From Podarcis vaucheri (taxonomy: Eukaryota), in assembly GCA_965113315.1 (NCBI GenBank), contig OZ220378.1: DNA of 64,000 nucleotides, one strand, 5' to 3'. Both the position numbers and the translations under genes were made by a program. Shown piece by piece: positions 1 through 16,306 of the stretch. Every line of letters starts with the position of its first letter. Positions within the stretch are counted from its first letter, which is position 1. The notes under the pieces are model-generated. The model ran no database searches. It worked only from the letters and a program-made list of their open reading frames with translations, and was not told the origin of the DNA.

Positions 1-103
1 AATTCCAGAAATACAGTGAAAATCACCCAAATGCAGAACTTCTGCAGTCAAGGCAAGTTCTTCAAATAGCATGATGCAATCTAGAGCTCCCATCACCGCA
101 TCA

Positions 104-316
<213 letters not shown>

Positions 317-580
317 TCATGACATCACTGCTCCTCGTCCCCCGGCTGCAGCTCATCAAAATACTCTTGTGCTATCAACCATCATTATAATTCTTGTTGT
401 TGTTCAGCTATAAAGTTGAACAAACCAAAGCTTTTTCTTAAACACTCTAATCTGATCTTTATTTTAAGCAGGAATTAGTTTTTTGACATATGTAAGATCT
501 TTCCAAAGATAAGAACTGGTGTTATTTTGAAAAGATACCAGTGCATTCCACTTAAACACCATAGATAGCCAACAGCACTA

Positions 581-727
<147 letters not shown>

Positions 728-1158
728 TTAAAGGGGGGGGGGAAATAATTTTAGGTCTTTCTAGGCTGAATAATGGGCCAACTGTATTGCCTGCTCACCT
801 CACCTGAACTTTCTCTCCTCTGTACAATAGGTTACTGTGTAACCCTTGCCCATTTCCTGCAATTGCTATCCATGCTCATATCTTGAATGCCAAGTAACCA
901 AAACTGGATTCTTTCCAGCACCACATATCTCATTTAAAAACAGACCCAGAGATGGGGCCAGAGCTCTGTGCAAGACACACTTACACTTTCCCCACTGAAA
1001 ACCTGCCTAACGGAAGTTAACTCTTCTACAAACACACAAATTATTTTATCAGATAATTCAATCCAAGGCAATGCTGGCTTTAAAAAAACATTTTGGGTGC
1101 TTAGTTAAAATGGAGAGTTCAGAAGTAGATTTAGCTTGGTAAGTAAACTGTTCAAAGT

Positions 1159-1292
1159 GAGTTTCTCAAACATAGGTCCCCCGCTGTTGTTGGACTACAA
1201 CTCCTATCACCCCTGACCACTGGTCCTGCTAGCTAGGGATGATGAAAGCTGCAGTCCAACAACAGCTGGCGACCCAAGTTTGAGAGAGACTG
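1159..1292. mobile_element. Palindromic hAT MITE copy in intron 16
   Basis: Same core TGTTGGACTACAACTCC...CTGACCACTGGTCCTGCTAGCTAGGGATGATG as the 39025 copy. Confidence 0.75.
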
Positions 1293-1592
1293 GTCCAAGT
1301 GGCACTTTGCAGCCATCTTCTGCAAGATTAGCAATTGCCAAGAGAAAGGAAGGTGAGGAGGAAAGGATGCAGCAACAGCAGGTGATAACAAGTTTCAGTA
1401 CCTTTAAGCTAACTTCTACCATTCTGCCAAATTGCAATGCGGACCGGCTGATGCCATGCTGCTGCCCTAATTGGACTCACTTGTGCAAGAGCAAAGGGGA
1501 GAAGGGAAGGGAACAGGGAGGTACTGGGAATGAGGGAAGGGGGAAAGCAGAAAACCTCTTGTTCTATCCAGGGGTTCGCAAATCCAAAATCA

Positions 1593-1829
<237 letters not shown>

Positions 1830-2410
1830 TTAATCATGTTAACTGAAGGATTTAATGGATATGTTGTACTTAGGGTTTTCACAGCATGAGAGGAAACTGG
1901 GTTACAACTATTTAAGAGTCAAGTATTCAAATTAGCTGCAATCCTAACAGTTCTTGACGCTATTCGACAACCAAGGCAAGTCCTATGCAGCCTATGGAAA
2001 GGAGAACTTGAGTGCTGCATTGAAAGTGGGATGAGAATGATAGTCGTTGGCAACTAGGGACATTCAGTGTGTCTTTGCAAACCACTCTTTCATTACCCAA
2101 AACAGCAGAAGTGGTTCTGAAGAATACATTGTTACACTTAAAGCTCTAGTTTGCACTTAAAAGCTCTCTGGTTTGGCACATCTATGGTCTTTGCTAACAA
2201 ATTGTCCAGAGCTGAGTTGCCACTAAGCACTCTTCAAATCCATCCTCTGACATTTTCTTCTGTTTAAGGGGGGACGGGAAAGGTTCCCTAAGTCGCTTGT
2301 CAGCCACCTCTGGATTGAATTTGTCCCAGGAGGCCAGACCAGCTCAATTTATATCAACAAAGTTCACTTGTGCAGTTCTTGAGGGGAGTTGAGATTGCTT
2401 GGCACACCTA

Positions 2411-2701
<291 letters not shown>

Positions 2702-2874
2702 TCAAAGCACAGCCCCATCTTCATCATCTGATAACTGGGCAGCACGTTAGGGCGGACTAATGTACGTTCTATCCTATTCTGCATCTTCATGCTGGGAGAG
2801 AACTGTTTGGAACCTCCATAAAATGCAACTGCATAAAGACCCCTCCCCTCAACTAGTACACAGATCTTTCTCTA

Positions 2875-3273
<399 letters not shown>

Positions 3274-3752
3274 TCATTAAGCATTCAGATTTTCCAGTAA
3301 CAAGGTAAAAGGCACACATTCTTAAGTTGCTGAACAGAACTAATATGTCTTTTACCATTGTTATATTACTTGTCAGGTTTTTTTGAGGGGGTACTCAAGG
3401 GTACGAAGTACTGAAGCCTCTTTTTTTGGTTAAAGAGTGTGGCACTTACTGTAACAACTTCATGATGAGTACCTATTTTTCTAGGAAAAAGGCACTGCTA
3501 TTACTGCTTGTACAGCATTTTTGTTTTAATTTGTTCATCTTCCCAACAATCCACAGAGGTCAGTTGCTACTGTTCCCATTCTATAGGTAAGGAATAGAGA
3601 CTAGACAGCCCTAGGTAAATTTTTGTAGCCTAGGATTAGGTGGAGTTTATCACCAGCTGTGTTAGTTGCAAGGGCATGAACACTACCCAGGATGCCTAGT
3701 GATAAATGCACAATGTACTAGGATGGGACTAGGATGGAGATGCTAAATGTTA

Positions 3753-4175
<423 letters not shown>

Positions 4176-4310
4176 TCACACCACAAAGCCATCAAGGGGA
4201 AAAAAATAAAATTAAATTAAAGTAGCTCACTCAACTGCAGGGGTCGAATACTACTAAGCACAGATTTATTTTTTGAGACGCCACTGCAATTCTGTTCTGG
4301 CACAACTTCA

Positions 4311-4520
<210 letters not shown>

Positions 4521-4523
4521 TCA

Positions 4524-4835
<312 letters not shown>

Positions 4836-6463
4836 TTAAAATGAAAACAAAACCAGAATTTGTAATAAAATCTATTTATGCAATAATGGATTTTATTGAA
4901 AATATATTTTTGTACTGTACCAATTATTGCTTCCTTTTCCAGCACACAAAGACCTGCTGTGTGTGGGGGGTTACCTTGACTTGCATTTGTACCTTAAGTG
5001 CCATAAGAGGCCCCCATTTTGTAGCAGTAAGTAGACTGGCACAGTGAGAACATAAGTCTAAGCCACATCAGCCCTTTCAAGTGTTTACTCATACTAGTCT
5101 ATACTTTCTAATGACACTTCAAGCCCTAGTTTCTAAGGGTTTCGTTCCCGGCAGTCTACTACTTTCTCTTGATTCACTCTGCAGCCCTACACTTTGACTT
5201 CTTCCACTCATGTCTGTGACCTTTCTCCCCACTGCATCTATCAAGTTATTTCCTTCTATATCAACTTTTGCATAAACCCCCCAAAGAAGCATAACTGTCC
5301 TGAATGTTCTGCTATGTTAACCCTTGCCTATTATTTATGCTCCTTTATCCAAACGTTTTACCTTCCTCTGTCCTGCTCAGCACCAAAAGGTCACTGTCTT
5401 TTATTTGTATGTGTAAGTCACATTCTTTGCACTTGGTATGGGGACTATCAGCACAGGCTCAGCATAAGAAAACCTATTTGTTAATTAGAAGAATACACTA
5501 CCTTGTCTCAAAAGCCCACTTCCCTTGGCTGTTCCTTATTTAGTGTTCTGCCTAACTATTTTAAAGGTGCATCTCAACCAGCACTCATTATGGAAGTGCT
5601 TTTTCAAGCTAATATTGTATAACCAACCATGTGTACAAGCGCCTCTTTCTTCTGGCCTTCTTTCCCCATATTTTTCCTTACTCCTGCACTCCTGCTCGAT
5701 GCAACGCCCCCTCGATGCAAAGCTTCCAGACTAATTCAAGGGACTGTTCAAGTTCACACCTGTTTAGCTTCAGACTTAGGTGCTCTCATATCTGTCAGAG
5801 TTCTTTGTATGAATTCATGTATGCATTGTTTCATACAACACCAAGGTTCTTCAGCGCCAAGATAAAACTATACGTTTCCCAGATCATGAAAAACTAACTG
5901 GTGCAGGCACAGTCACTTTTCACATGATTCAGGAAAATACCTAGATAGTAGATATGCATACAAGGCTTCTTTTACAGGTGTCAAAAATGCATCTATCAGA
6001 AAAGTATAAATATGTTGTATTGTGGCAACCCCATTCTTAAATTCCCTTAGTGGGGATGTCTGGTCAAGACCTACATTGTTGATATTTTGATGCAACATTA
6101 AAATCTGATTATTTCAGTCTGTGGCTGTTTTTAGTTGTTTTAACTTGATGCCTTGGTTTGGATATCCTGCTGCTGAATTGTTATTTCATTTGCTGTATAC
6201 TTTATTTATTTATTTCATTTGCTATCTATTTGTACAGATTTAATAACCGAAAACAACTGAGCAATTTGTCTTGGACACAACTGCTGGAAAAGAGGTGCAT
6301 AAAAGACTAAACAAACACACCCTTGAGGGAAAGTATCTGTTCCTGTGAACAGATAAATACCCTTAATCAAAGAGGATGGGAGGAATGTACCTTGACACTC
6401 GTGCTGCAGCCCTTTCTAACGTAGGAGAGCAACAGCAACCACTTTGCTCCCTCTCTTGAATTA

Positions 6464-6649
<186 letters not shown>

Positions 6650-8010
6650 CTAAGATCCTTCCCTCTCTGGCATGTTCATGTTATTCTCATTCTTCATATG
6701 CTGAAATCCGGAAAGCCCCCTGCAGCTTGCGATTGGGATAAATAAATCACATTGACATGAATGTGAATGGACATTTCATGCTGCATTATGTTTACAAGGC
6801 CAGAATCAACAGCAGACCTCACTTTTACAGGTAGTCTTTTAAAACATGGGCATTTAAAGTTCCTGTGTCCTAATTAAGAATTCCTCCTTGCCCACTCAAA
6901 TATGAAAAGGAACCATGATCAATGAGGCAAGTGTGCTGCATGTTTTTAAGATGCTGTATTTCACTTTTGCCCTAAGTGAATTTTGTTCAAGGGTAATTGA
7001 AATTAATATTACACAAAGAACATTTAGAAAGGGCCCATCATGGGATTGATTCACATCAAAAGCTTGTCATCAATGACTATAAAGACTGGACAAATTGAGA
7101 TTTCGCTCTACTTGGGGGAAATTAGCTTTGCTGAAGCACTGATGAATCATGACACCTCATGTGCTCCTCTTAAGGGCTCCACGTAAACAAAGACATCAAC
7201 TAGGAAATGACAATAGATGTTATGTCTTTTCCAGTCATCATCTCAACATTAACAATCTGTGCCTTTCTTTGGAGCTATGAAGAACTGAAAAGACACTAGT
7301 GTGCGCACGTTTCTTTATACGGAAAGCAGAGACAAAGGCATAAGAGAAGTGGTAGTATGATATGTAGATTCAAAAACATAACATTTCAGAACAATTTGGA
7401 GAAATTAAGGTTCGAAGGAGGGAAAGCATAGCAGTCTTGTAATTTTATAGGCCTGCCAAATTAAACAACAACAAATTCTAGCCTTCTGGGAGCCAGTAGA
7501 GGTCAGATGGAGAGGTCTGTCCTTCCTCTAGCAGCCTGGTGTGTGGTGGTGGGCTCCAAGGAGGAAACAGTGCTTTACCTATTCTATACCAGGTTACTCA
7601 CTCACCTGCATGCAAATCCTTGTCCTCATAAGCTGCCAGGCAAGTGCTGAAACACAAGCCTGCACAACAGTATTCATAATGAAAGATTGCACACATAAGA
7701 AATATATTCTAGGACAACAATGTAATTCTGAAGGACAGATCTAGAGTATATTTATAATGCTTGGAGTGCTCACAGTAAATAACTTATTAAGTGAGACCAA
7801 TAACACTCTTCTCCCTAAGATGGGCGAAATATCAATAACCTTGTGGAAAGCCTGCAATTTCCTCACAAAATTAACTATTCCAAAAGATTAGATTTAAATT
7901 GGTAATCTACAAATCAAGAGGTTACACTTCAGTCCCGCTTTACATTATCCACTTCTCTTTCAGGCTGTTAAATTCAAGCCCTAAGTGCTGCTGTGCAAGA
8001 ATCAAGCTTA

Positions 8011-8220
<210 letters not shown>

Positions 8221-10536
8221 CTAGCACTTATTTTTCAGGATTTTTATAATATGGGCTTCTTCCACATAAATTTCTTTAGATCTTTGCCTCTATATTCTGG
8301 AGGAATTCATTTTATTCCCAGGAATTCATTTTAATCAAGAGTTTATATCAGCCAAAGTTTAATGTTTAGTCCACTCCAGGTAAGCACAGCTATACTGACT
8401 TCAGAACACTCACCTTCATTGCCAGGTGTTGGGGAGTTTTAGAATCAGGCAAATGCTTCAGAAGCAGTGCCTGATGCCACTTTTTGAACCTGGAGCGTCA
8501 GGAATGCAGCCTCAGACATGGAAATGTGGCATATGCTAGTCAATGTTCATTTAGCATGACCAGAACACAAGGAAGGTGAAGGGAAAAGACTAAGGGGGCA
8601 TGCTGGGGTGGGGGTCATTTTTCAGAAATTAACATGAGCACTGAGAAAGAGCCGGGGAGACGGCACTGCTGACAAGGCAGGTTTTTACTGAACGAGGGTC
8701 TTGAACAGGCAGGGGAAATGGTTTTTTTAAAGGAGCACTATAGTTTAAATAGAGATTGGAGCAGGAAGAGAGGACAGTGTTTACCAATAATGGATGAGCA
8801 AAAGACAGAACTCGAGTCCCCAAGGAAGAACACCACTACCCCACCATAAGGAAAACCTTTTTCAAAAGAACACCCACCATTCAAATGTATGCAGTTACTT
8901 TCCTTTCAAGCCTGCTGTGTACAAGCAACATGAGTAAATTCACATCGGCTTGGACTGGATAGTTTGGCAACAGACCACAATGCAGAAAAATAATCTCCAA
9001 GATTACTTCTGTAAAATCTTCCTAAAGAGAAGGAGAGAGACTCTCTCTCTTTTCCACAGGAAAATGCTGCTTTACTGCTTTTATGTGCAAAGGCTTTCTT
9101 CCAAAATCTTACAGACACCACTTCTCTGCATTACCTAATGGACTTGACACTAACAAAAAACAAAACACACTCTCCCAGCTATATAGGATTAGAGAAATAT
9201 TTTGATCTAAAAGAATGAAGAGCTCATTCCAAGGCAAAAGAGTTTGATGTTCCTATGCTAAGGAACCTTTCTGGTTTTTTTGGCATCTGACTTCTTAAGA
9301 GACGGGCAGTTATGCAATACTCTGCAAGTAACCTTCTCTAGAATACAGATGAGCAGCTGCTTTGTGTTCCACAGGCACAAACACTTCAGCATAAAATTCT
9401 GGACAAGACTGGAAAGTAATACAAATAAGTAAACAGCAAGTTAAACAGGGGCACCAAAGTCTGTTACAGTCACACAAATATTAAGTAGATTCAAAAAGAA
9501 GAGGTCTGTTACTGTTTACTTATTTGAAATCTTACCCTGGCCCAATAATTTTGAATGTAATTATTTGCAGCCGCATAATGCAATCAGGAGAAGCTCTAGC
9601 CCCTTAAGTCTTTCCAGCAATTACCCTTCACAAATAAAAGTGCCTTAATTTGATTTAAAATTCTTTCTTTGTGCTTCTATTCAGTTCCTGCTTAGAATAT
9701 CAATCACAAGTGAGGCACAACCAACTGAAGAAAGAGACTGGCATAATTGCTAAATAACAGGACAATACCTAGATCAGCATTCATCAACTTTCTAAAAACA
9801 CACACACACACACACAGAGCTGGCTACTCTACAGAGAGTGCCTAGCATCAGAGGTAACTCTGGTAATCTACTCAATAACAGATTATGCATCAAATTTTAC
9901 ACCAGGGCCTCCCATATCTACTCCAGTTTGAATTTACTATCAAATACTGTGGACCACCCATGTGTGGGGTATAGAGAAAAGTGGAGAAGACTGACAGAAG
10001 TATGACAACGTGGGAAGGAAGTAACTCTTAAGTCTTATCTATTCTATGTCTCCAGGGCCTACCTTCAATGAAATGGTAATCACGGGTCATTCTTCAAAGT
10101 TCATAGGCAATTTAATACAGAATGGAATTTTTTCACTCAAAATTTGAGGTGTTTCTGTTTTGTTTTGAAGAGGGTAATAAGCTCATTAAAAAACCTGTGA
10201 CAAGGAGAATAATTCCCAAGCCATCAACTTGGGAAGAGTCTATAAATGGCAAAAAGTTTTCTTTTCTTTTTCCATCTCTCCTGGGGCACATTTATCTTCA
10301 CCCTATCAAGACTGCATCAGTGGTGAAGGAAAGTTATTCTCAAGGCACCTTTTCTCCCAGAGTTGAGCTCAGGAACTGAACAGATTCAAGGGATAGGCAT
10401 GGGTTAAGTTTTGTCTCAAACCAAGCCGTGTATTTTTCTCTTTATGTACAGAGTAATATTCAAGTTACAAAGAGGTAAGCACTATCCTTCTAATTAACTT
10501 AAATTATCTTTTCTGCTGATAAAGCATCTGCAATCA

Positions 10537-11133
<597 letters not shown>

Positions 11134-11888
11134 CTAAATCAAGAAGTTAAAAGGGAATTGGAGAACTGTGGTTAATCACTAGCACATAAAGCTAGGTTAT
11201 GCTTTTTCAGATACTATTTTCCACCAATACCTTATAGCCAAACTGCAAGGTTTGTAGTCTTATTTTGGCTAATTCGAGTTAACAGCAACATAAAATACAT
11301 GAATGCAGCTATCAGCATTCTGGAAGTTACTTTAGATTTCATTCTGTCTTTGAACTGGGTTTTTATATACACAGGCATATTTTATGTGTATTTGTATGTA
11401 CTACGTGCCCTACTATGACCATAAATTACTCTCTCACTCTAGTTTGGTCAGCTTTGAAAAAAACAATCACAGTGAGTGTCCAACATTGTAAGAATTTAAT
11501 CCCTCTCTTGTGTCTCTTATCACCAGTCATGGATGGATTCATTACTACTCTCATTCCAAGGAGGCAGTTGGCTTTGCCCATGGCCTCTAAGTATTTATTG
11601 GCCAGTTATACACTAGGTGAGCTGTACTCTATGGAGTTCTGAAGGTAGCTACCATCAAATTAAAATCACCAACCAAATAGAAGCATCAAGTAAAAGTGAT
11701 TATTAAAGCAATATTTATAGAAGTGACAAATGAGCAGCAGTTTACCAAGAACCTCCCTCCCAAAGATTCCACAAACACCGAAAAACATGTGCCTGCTTAA
11801 CAACCAGTAAAAGGCTGCACTTCTCAGAGGCCCACTGAAAGAAGAGTTTACCAATCTTCTGAAAACAAAGACTGAGCAGGTCTTGGTG

Positions 11889-12100
11889 GTGGTCAATGCT
11901 TCTTTGTGGGAGGGAGATCCCAGATGAAGGCTCTTTTGCAGATGAAATCATGGCCTCCTGCAGGGTGACCTTGGGGTAGAGGGAGCTTGAATGCAAGAAA
12001 GCATTCACCTACTGTTTTCTTAAATCCTTCAAAGGCCTCACATTCATTCTCTTGAAGAATGTAATTGTATTACTCCCTCCCACAAAGAAGCATTGACCAC
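11889..12100. repeat. Perfect 28-bp inverted repeat (11889-11916 / 12073-12100) in intron 7
   Basis: GTGGTCAATGCTTCTTTGTGGGAGGGAG and its exact reverse complement, 156 bp apart. Confidence 0.9.
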
Positions 12101-12802
12101 TTCCTTAGACCAGCCTTGCCAGTATGGGCAAGAGTTGGGCAGACATGTGGTCAAGCACACTTTTTGCATCTTCAAGTGACGCTCATCCAACAAATGCAAC
12201 AAATAACAGGACGTCCTATGGTCAAATGTGGCAACTGACTTGGAAGAGATGAAAAAGAAGCTGAGCCCTTTTTCTAAGCTTTTCTGCCAGGCACATTACA
12301 GGAGATTTAAAAAAAGAAACTGGGGTATCAGTGAAACTTGGAAGATAAGCTCTCTTAATAAATAGCATTCCAGTTACAAAAAAACACTTAGCAGTAACTG
12401 GTAGATGACAGAAACACCTTGCTTTATAACCACAGCCCTCACACTTGCCTTTCAAACATGTACCCTGAAAACCTAGGATTACAAGCCCAACATGTCCCCT
12501 GGGCAACTGTGTGTTTCCAATGGTTTCTTGTTTTACTGCTCTTCATTTTTGCCTTGCATGTACAAGTGTAGCTAAACAAAGTTTACCAAGATTGAAGAGA
12601 CAATGTGTTTATATGCATCAGGTTTTTTAAGGCTCATTTAGTTCCATACAAGGTTACCATTTAGATGTCCAAGATATTCTTAATTCTTTAAACATGAGCT
12701 GCCCTAAACAAAATGAGTGATGGCTATTTTTTTTTTTTGGGGGGGGGGAGGGAACCCATAGGAAGTAAGTCAAGAAACAGCAGAACAATCCTTTAATAAT
12801 CA

Positions 12803-12943
<141 letters not shown>

Positions 12944-13088
12944 TTAGTAAGACATTAATGCCTCCATTTCCCACCTTTTTGCATACGCAGAACATCACCT
13001 GTGAAAGCCATTACATCATAATACAAGGTTTACATAGATGAAAAGCATTTTTTTAAATAGAAAAAGCCACTACATTAAAACTGTAACC

Positions 13089-13336
13089 TAGGGTTACCAT
13101 ACACTTGGAATTTTCCGGACATAGTCAGAACACGGCAGTCGTAAACAGTGTCTGGGTGGAAATCATGCTCAGATGTCCAGGAAAATCTGGAGATATGTCA
13201 ATCTGTTTCAGAAGTCTAGATTTTGATGAATTTCCTTAAAAATATCTCGAAAACATTTATTTTTTTTAGATTTTGCAAAAAAAAAGTTCAACAACTTCTG
13301 TGTCTGGTTTCCCCTTTTTGAAATATGGCAACCCTA
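13089..13336. mobile_element. Old hAT MITE (Blackjack-like ends)
   Basis: TIRs TAGGGTTACCATA / TATGGCAACCCTA; degenerate 8-bp TSD CTGTAACC/CAGTAGCC. Confidence 0.75.
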
Positions 13337-13864
13337 CAGTAGCCATTAAAAAACCAACACCACCTGAAAATAGTTTTGATGCAAATAATTGCCAGGAGAA
13401 AACCAGGCAATAACAGATAGTCTAGATAAGTTAAAAGAAAATCCTCCAATTAAGAGTTAGAGAAAGACATTCAACATATGTGAATACAGAAATATTTACA
13501 AAGCCTGGGCATGTAAGAAGCTTCCATATATACCAAAAAAAGGCAAGCCAGTTGATCAGAAACCAGTTTCTAATTTAGATTTTGTGTCTGATTTTGACCT
13601 AAAGATAATTTCTTCCTATACCATGTGCCTCTGAATCAAATTAGAGGAAAAATGCAGAATTTGCAATGGAGGCTTTCTCCCAGTGCCCATTCACACTTTC
13701 CAAGAACATGAGGGGAACAGACAGATGGCCAACAGACTTCGAATGCCTCCAGGGATCTGCATATAAACGAGGGGCCACAATCAATCCACAGGCCTTATGA
13801 TCTGTGGGCCCAATTAAGTGAGTATGTATTTACTGTAGGATAGCCAGCCTCATATAACCAACAC

Positions 13865-13905
<41 letters not shown>
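13865..13905. repeat. (TAA)n microsatellite
   Basis: Direct read; further (AAT/TTA)n runs at 26240-26278 and 35797-35835. Confidence 0.95.
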
Positions 13906-13906
<1 letters not shown>

Positions 13907-14267
13907 CCCACCAATCTGGTCTAATTAATGCATGAAACATTTAAGACCCTAGAGTAAACCATCATGCCAGGTTTAGCACACCTTGTGAAGAACTAGATAA
14001 TCAAGCCTCTGTTCCCCTCCAGTCTACCAGAGAAGCTCAACGTGTGAGAAGGTTTGTACTGGTTGGTGCAAACCAAACTGCATGGCTCTTACAAGCCACT
14101 CTAGAGTTCCTATACCAATAATTTAGGAGCCTTCTCCACTTTAACTAAAGCCAAGTTTTACTGCCTGTGCAACCTTTTCTGAATGCTGTATGGAAAAGCA
14201 CATGAATCTGGAGAGTTTGTAAGTACAGGCAATGACTAATTTACACACATCCAGTTGATGCACAACT

Positions 14268-14269
<2 letters not shown>

Positions 14270-14301
<32 letters not shown>
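14270..14301. repeat. (CA)n microsatellite
   Basis: Direct read; shorter run near 9798-9814. Confidence 0.95.
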
Positions 14302-14302
<1 letters not shown>

Positions 14303-16096
14303 AGTGACCTGGAGGTAGCTGGAAAAGAGGGCAGGAGCTGTAAAAGGGCAGAGTAGGCCGACATGCACTGGGATCAGAAATGTAGCCCTTGTGCAAAACG
14401 GTTGTTGTCTGAAAAGCATTTTTAACTTACCAAACCCATTGTCTTTTTCTATGCTAGAGGAAGAGGTGAACTTTGGAACTTACTTTAAAGGGCACATATT
14501 TTAAAGGCCTAACAGTCTATATTTCCATGCTATACTTTGCTGCATATTTTATTATTTTAAATCTTTGTGGGAGTTTTCTCACCCAAGAGTACTAGCCTAA
14601 AACTTGGAACTTGGCATCTAGGAATTTTCCTTTTATACCTATTTTTTTCATTGAACCAACATTTATTTGATCTCCAGAATAATGCTCAAAGACTGAGCTA
14701 TCAGATTACTGGAAAAATATTCCAATCCTGACACCCAGTTTGTTTGGTTATACTGCAAATATACAACCAAATACATTATGATACCCTTCAAGCTTGTTAG
14801 ACCTATTGACCAGGAGAAAGAAGCAACAGGTAGACATCTCTCTTGGCCTTTTGTTCATGTACCTTTTGTGATCTGGACAAGAACCGTTGGGAATCTAATC
14901 TAACCTAGATTCTACAAAGCAAGCACATTACTCTAGCCTTTAAAATGGCAAATAAAAATCATAACTAGGACACAGTACAAAGAGTTCCCTCTCTAACATT
15001 TCCGCTGAAATATGACTTTCTGAAGAGAGATGGATGGCTGACTTTTAACTAGGAAAAGATAAACCCAATTGAGTATGTATAATGAAACACAGGAAGCTGC
15101 TGTATACCAAAAGTCAAACCACTGGTCCACTGACCTCAGTTACATCTACACTGATTACTGATTAGCAGTGCCTCTCCAGTTTTTCAAACAAGAGTTTTCC
15201 ACAACCCTCCCTGGAGATGCCACAGGTTCAATTCTGATACTCTGCTTTAAAAGTATGTATTCCATTTGGATTTTGGAAACATTCACAAGTAACACTAATC
15301 CATTATTAACTTTAGCACATTGTGCATGATCTGGAACAAATGTAAGAGGAGCCTTAGGCTTGTACACTCTCCCTACCCACCAGCATAGGAAGAAGAAATT
15401 AGCTGAAATTTAGTTTTCATTTTCCTCCCGGATCTAGCTTGCTATCTGGACCAAGGACTGTGGTTTAAAACAAGCTCTGGTTAGTTTAACAAGTCAACTT
15501 CAAAACCAATTGGGTAGTACAACATTAAATCTTTATTTCCATTGTTCCTTCCCCTCTAATGCAGTCACTGAATGGTATGTTCCATGTCTTACATATGAAA
15601 CAATACAGCTCTCATGTATACATATACTGATTTGGCTATTCAAGCAAGTTACTAATAAAAAATTATGAAGGAAAGAAAAAAGAAAACAAAAAAGTATTGG
15701 CGGTTCAGAGGGGAGAGGTGTGCAAGACGAGAATTCTATCTTCTACTCAGTCTGTCCAGGATTCTAAGGAAGTTGGGTTATAAATCACAATCCCTGGTCC
15801 AGACAAGATAGAATTGAAGGAACCTGAAACACGAGTGAAGTTCTTCACTCAACCACGCAGCAGAAATATACCTTTCTAAAATATAAATAGATCATGCTAA
15901 GATTATTGAAGCAGGTAAGATTGTGTTCACGCCAGCTTCTAAGCAAACCTCCTATTTTGGGTACTTTATTTTAGTTTAAAGAAAGAATAACAGAATCATA
16001 AAATTGCAGAGTTGGAAGGGAACAAATGCCAAGATATACTAATGGCTTCCACTGAGTAAGAATGGCATGTACCCAGTGTAACACTGATGGCTCTCA

Positions 16097-16306
<210 letters not shown>

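Noticed and set aside
8405-8490. Strong donor AAG|GTGAGT in intron 8 suggesting a cryptic exon
   Set aside because: No convincing polypyrimidine acceptor at a suitable distance; likely chance
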